DNA of 35,904 nucleotides from Nitrospirales bacterium (GTDB lineage Bacteria; Nitrospirota; Nitrospiria; Nitrospirales; Nitrospiraceae): NCBI GenBank assembly GCA_040004695.1, contig JBDUAJ010000001.1, positions 1 to 35,904 of the forward strand, read 5' to 3'. Shown piece by piece: positions 34,134 to 35,904 of this stretch (position 1 is its first letter; each line of letters starts with the position of its first letter). The notes under the pieces were generated by a model. It saw only the letters and a program-made list of their open reading frames with translations, ran no database searches and was not told where the DNA came from. The position numbers and the translations under genes were made by a program.

Positions 34134-35371
34134 AACTGTTATTTGTCACCGGGACGCTGCCTTATCCGCCGACGGACGGCTGGAAAATTCGTGTATGTGC
34201 CTTATTGCGGGGACTGGCGCAACGTCATTCCGTTTCTGTCGTCTCGTTTGTGCGGCGCATCGATGATGCGTTGGCGGTGGAACGCCTGCGTGATGAGGGG
34301 ATCGATCTTCATGTGGTCCGCCGAGATCATCGGTATGCTCCATCGAAACTGTTTCAAGGTCTGGTTGGGCGGACCGCATTTCCGATCCTGAATTACCGTG
34401 ACGAAAGCATGACGCACTTGCTGCAACAGGTGCTGCAATCCGACACGTTCGACATCGTGCAGGTCGAGAGCATCCACATGGCGCAATACTGCCTGGGACT
34501 GCCTCAGACGACCATATTGGACTTGCATAATATTGAATCGCTGCTGATGAGGCGCTATGCGCGTCAGGAGAGCAATCCGCTGAAGCGCGCCTATGCCGAA
34601 GTGACGTGGCGCAAATTGGCGGCCTATGAGCGGGAAACCTGCGGACGTTTTAGCCACTGTCTGACCTGTTCAGACGAAGAACGTGTGTTGCTTCAAACCC
34701 GTTGCGGGGTGGATCAAGTTACCGTGATCCCGAATGGCGTGGATATCGACCCGCATGCGGTAGAGGGGTCCGATGTGCCTCATGAATCCGGTCCGCTGCG
34801 TGGCGAGCGCATCGTCTTCGTCGGACGAATGGATTATCACGCCAATGTCGAAGGCGTGCGGTGGTTCAGTCGCCACGTGTGGCCTCGGATTCGAGCGCGT
34901 CGACCGGGCGCGGTCTTTCAAATCGTCGGCGGGTATCCTGTGCCGGCCATTTCCCGTTTAGCGCGCCCTGGAGAAATTGAGGTGACTGGATTTGTCAGGG
35001 ATGTACGACCCTATGTCGAGGAGGCTTCGGTGGTGGTCGTGCCGCTACGAGTCGGTGGGGGGACCCGGCTGAAAATTTTAGAGGCGCTGGCTCTGGGCAA
35101 ACCGTTGGTGAGTACGACGGTCGGCGCGGAAGGCATCGAAGCGGTGCCTGATCGCGATCTCGTCATCGCAGATCGTGCTGAAGCATTTGCAGACGAGGTC
35201 GTCTCCTTACTGAGTCAGCCGGACAGGCGTGAGGCGCTTGGTGACGCGGGACGCCGGTTAGTACAGAGCAAATACAACTGGGAGCACATCGTAAAGGGTC
35301 TTGAAACTATTTATGAACAGTGTTTGGACAGGGAACGGCCATCGATACGGAGCGTGCAATGCGTGGGGTAA
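34130..35371 (+). CDS. GT4 glycosyltransferase (PEP-CTERM/EpsH1-associated sugar transferase stp1-like)
   Basis: ATGA overlap (34130-34133). N-terminus is MKLLFVTGTLPYPPTDGWKIRV. The C-terminal segment GGTRLKILEALALGKPLVSTTVGAEGI has the EX7E-type motif. Confidence 0.85.
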   Translation: MKLLFVTGTLPYPPTDGWKIRVCALLRGLAQRHSVSVVSFVRRIDDALAVERLRDEGIDLHVVRRDHRYAPSKLFQGLVGRTAFPILNYRDESMTHLLQQVLQSDTFDIVQVESIHMAQYCLGLPQTTILDLHNIESLLMRRYARQESNPLKRAYAEVTWRKLAAYERETCGRFSHCLTCSDEERVLLQTRCGVDQVTVIPNGVDIDPHAVEGSDVPHESGPLRGERIVFVGRMDYHANVEGVRWFSRHVWPRIRARRPGAVFQIVGGYPVPAISRLARPGEIEVTGFVRDVRPYVEEASVVVVPLRVGGGTRLKILEALALGKPLVSTTVGAEGIEAVPDRDLVIADRAEAFADEVVSLLSQPDRREALGDAGRRLVQSKYNWEHIVKGLETIYEQCLDRERPSIRSVQCVG

Positions 35372-35374
35372 TGG

Positions 35375-35904
35375 ATGCCGATGCCTGAGGTTTCGACCAT
35401 GCCGTTTCAAGGGCTGCTCGGCGGGAAATTTGGGACCTGGCTTCTCGAACGATGTGCGGTCCCGCCGGCTCAAACACATACGGCTATAGGTGAGTCCGCA
35501 GGGACACATGTCGATGACACTCCACGGCTCAGTTCTCTCTTCGGCGAGCGCTTCAGCCGGTCGGTGAAAAGGAGCACGGTACTTGACTACGGTTGTGGGT
35601 ATGGTCAGACCGTGGTGTCACTCGCCAAATCTGATGTCGGTACCGCCATTGGGTTGGATATTCGAGAATCGGTGTTGCAGGCTGCACGTAGGCTGGCGCG
35701 GCAAGAAGAGGTGGGCGAGCGCTGCCTGTTTATCAATGCCGCCGATACCGGTGCACTGGCATCATTGAAAGAACGGATCGATGTGGTTGTATCGATCGAT
35801 GGATTTGAACATTATGCTGAACCGGACGCCGTGCTCCGTCAAATGAGGCAACTGCTGCGGCCCGGTGGAGTGGCTTACATTTCATTCGGTCCTCCATGGT
35901 GGCA
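35375..35904 (+). CDS. Class I SAM-dependent methyltransferase, 3'-truncated by the window edge (not in the supplied ORF track)
   Basis: My manual translation of the GT4 frame after its TAA (35369-35371) stays open to the window end. It reads MPMPEVSTMPFQGLLGGKFGTWLLERC...VLDYGCGYGQTVVSLAK...IDVVVSIDGFEHYAEPDAVLRQMRQLLRPGGVAYISFGPPWW. This contains SAM motifs I and post-II. The start is ATG 35375, 35381 or 35399. Confidence 0.75.
   Translation, partial: MPMPEVSTMPFQGLLGGKFGTWLLERCAVPPAQTHTAIGESAGTHVDDTPRLSSLFGERFSRSVKRSTVLDYGCGYGQTVVSLAKSDVGTAIGLDIRESVLQAARRLARQEEVGERCLFINAADTGALASLKERIDVVVSIDGFEHYAEPDAVLRQMRQLLRPGGVAYISFGPPWW

Noticed and set aside
1-35904. Horizontal-transfer signatures for the EPS island (integrase, transposase, flanking tRNA, long direct repeats).
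   Set aside because: None is seen in the window. The only local anomalies are the AT-rich spacer at 13661-14110 and the GT2 scar, so I make no mobile-element claim.

Overview
GC-rich ~36 kb window from a diderm bacterium. The gene content and protein sequences remind me of Nitrospirota, but I cannot verify that without a search. Every gene I trust is on the + strand, and I saw no rRNA, tRNA, CRISPR array, transposase or integrase. Left part (1-6.9 kb) is housekeeping: the 3' part of lptD, a glycogen-debranching-type amylo-alpha-1,6-glucosidase, a small secreted hypothetical, a 580-bp spacer, then trxA and recN. The spacer carries a ~175-200-bp tandem repeat with 21-nt inverted arms. From ~7.2 kb to the right edge is one ~29-kb exopolysaccharide (EPS) island of the Wzx/Wzy type, with the gene families typical of PEP-CTERM/exosortase-associated loci. 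It starts with two tandem short OPX export proteins and a fused chain-length-determinant/BY-tyrosine-kinase. Next come a Cache-TM-GAF-PAS sensor that lacks any kinase core and an intact NarL/LuxR response regulator. A ~22-kb biosynthetic gene string follows, much of it translationally coupled. It encodes a priming sugar transferase, a deacetylase, three FemAB/GNAT-like proteins, WecB and a QW-repeat alpha/alpha-barrel protein. It also encodes an ATP-grasp::LMW-phosphotyrosine-phosphatase fusion, a GT2 plus a decayed GT2 remnant, a Wzx flippase and an AsnB-like amidotransferase. The remaining genes are two GT4-like transferases, a DegT aminotransferase, a Wzy/O-antigen-ligase-like protein, two methyltransferases and a hexapeptide acetyltransferase. 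No exosortase or PEP-CTERM substrate is visible in the window. The items most worth follow-up are the ATP-grasp::PTP fusion and the multi-FemAB/ATP-grasp/AsnB decoration module, which may add amino acids or peptides to the polymer. Also worth follow-up are the kinase-less sensor beside an intact response regulator, candidate operator motifs (a TGTACA cluster and an 11-bp direct repeat), and the structured repeat upstream of trxA. All functional calls rest on motif and family recognition by eye; no searches were run.
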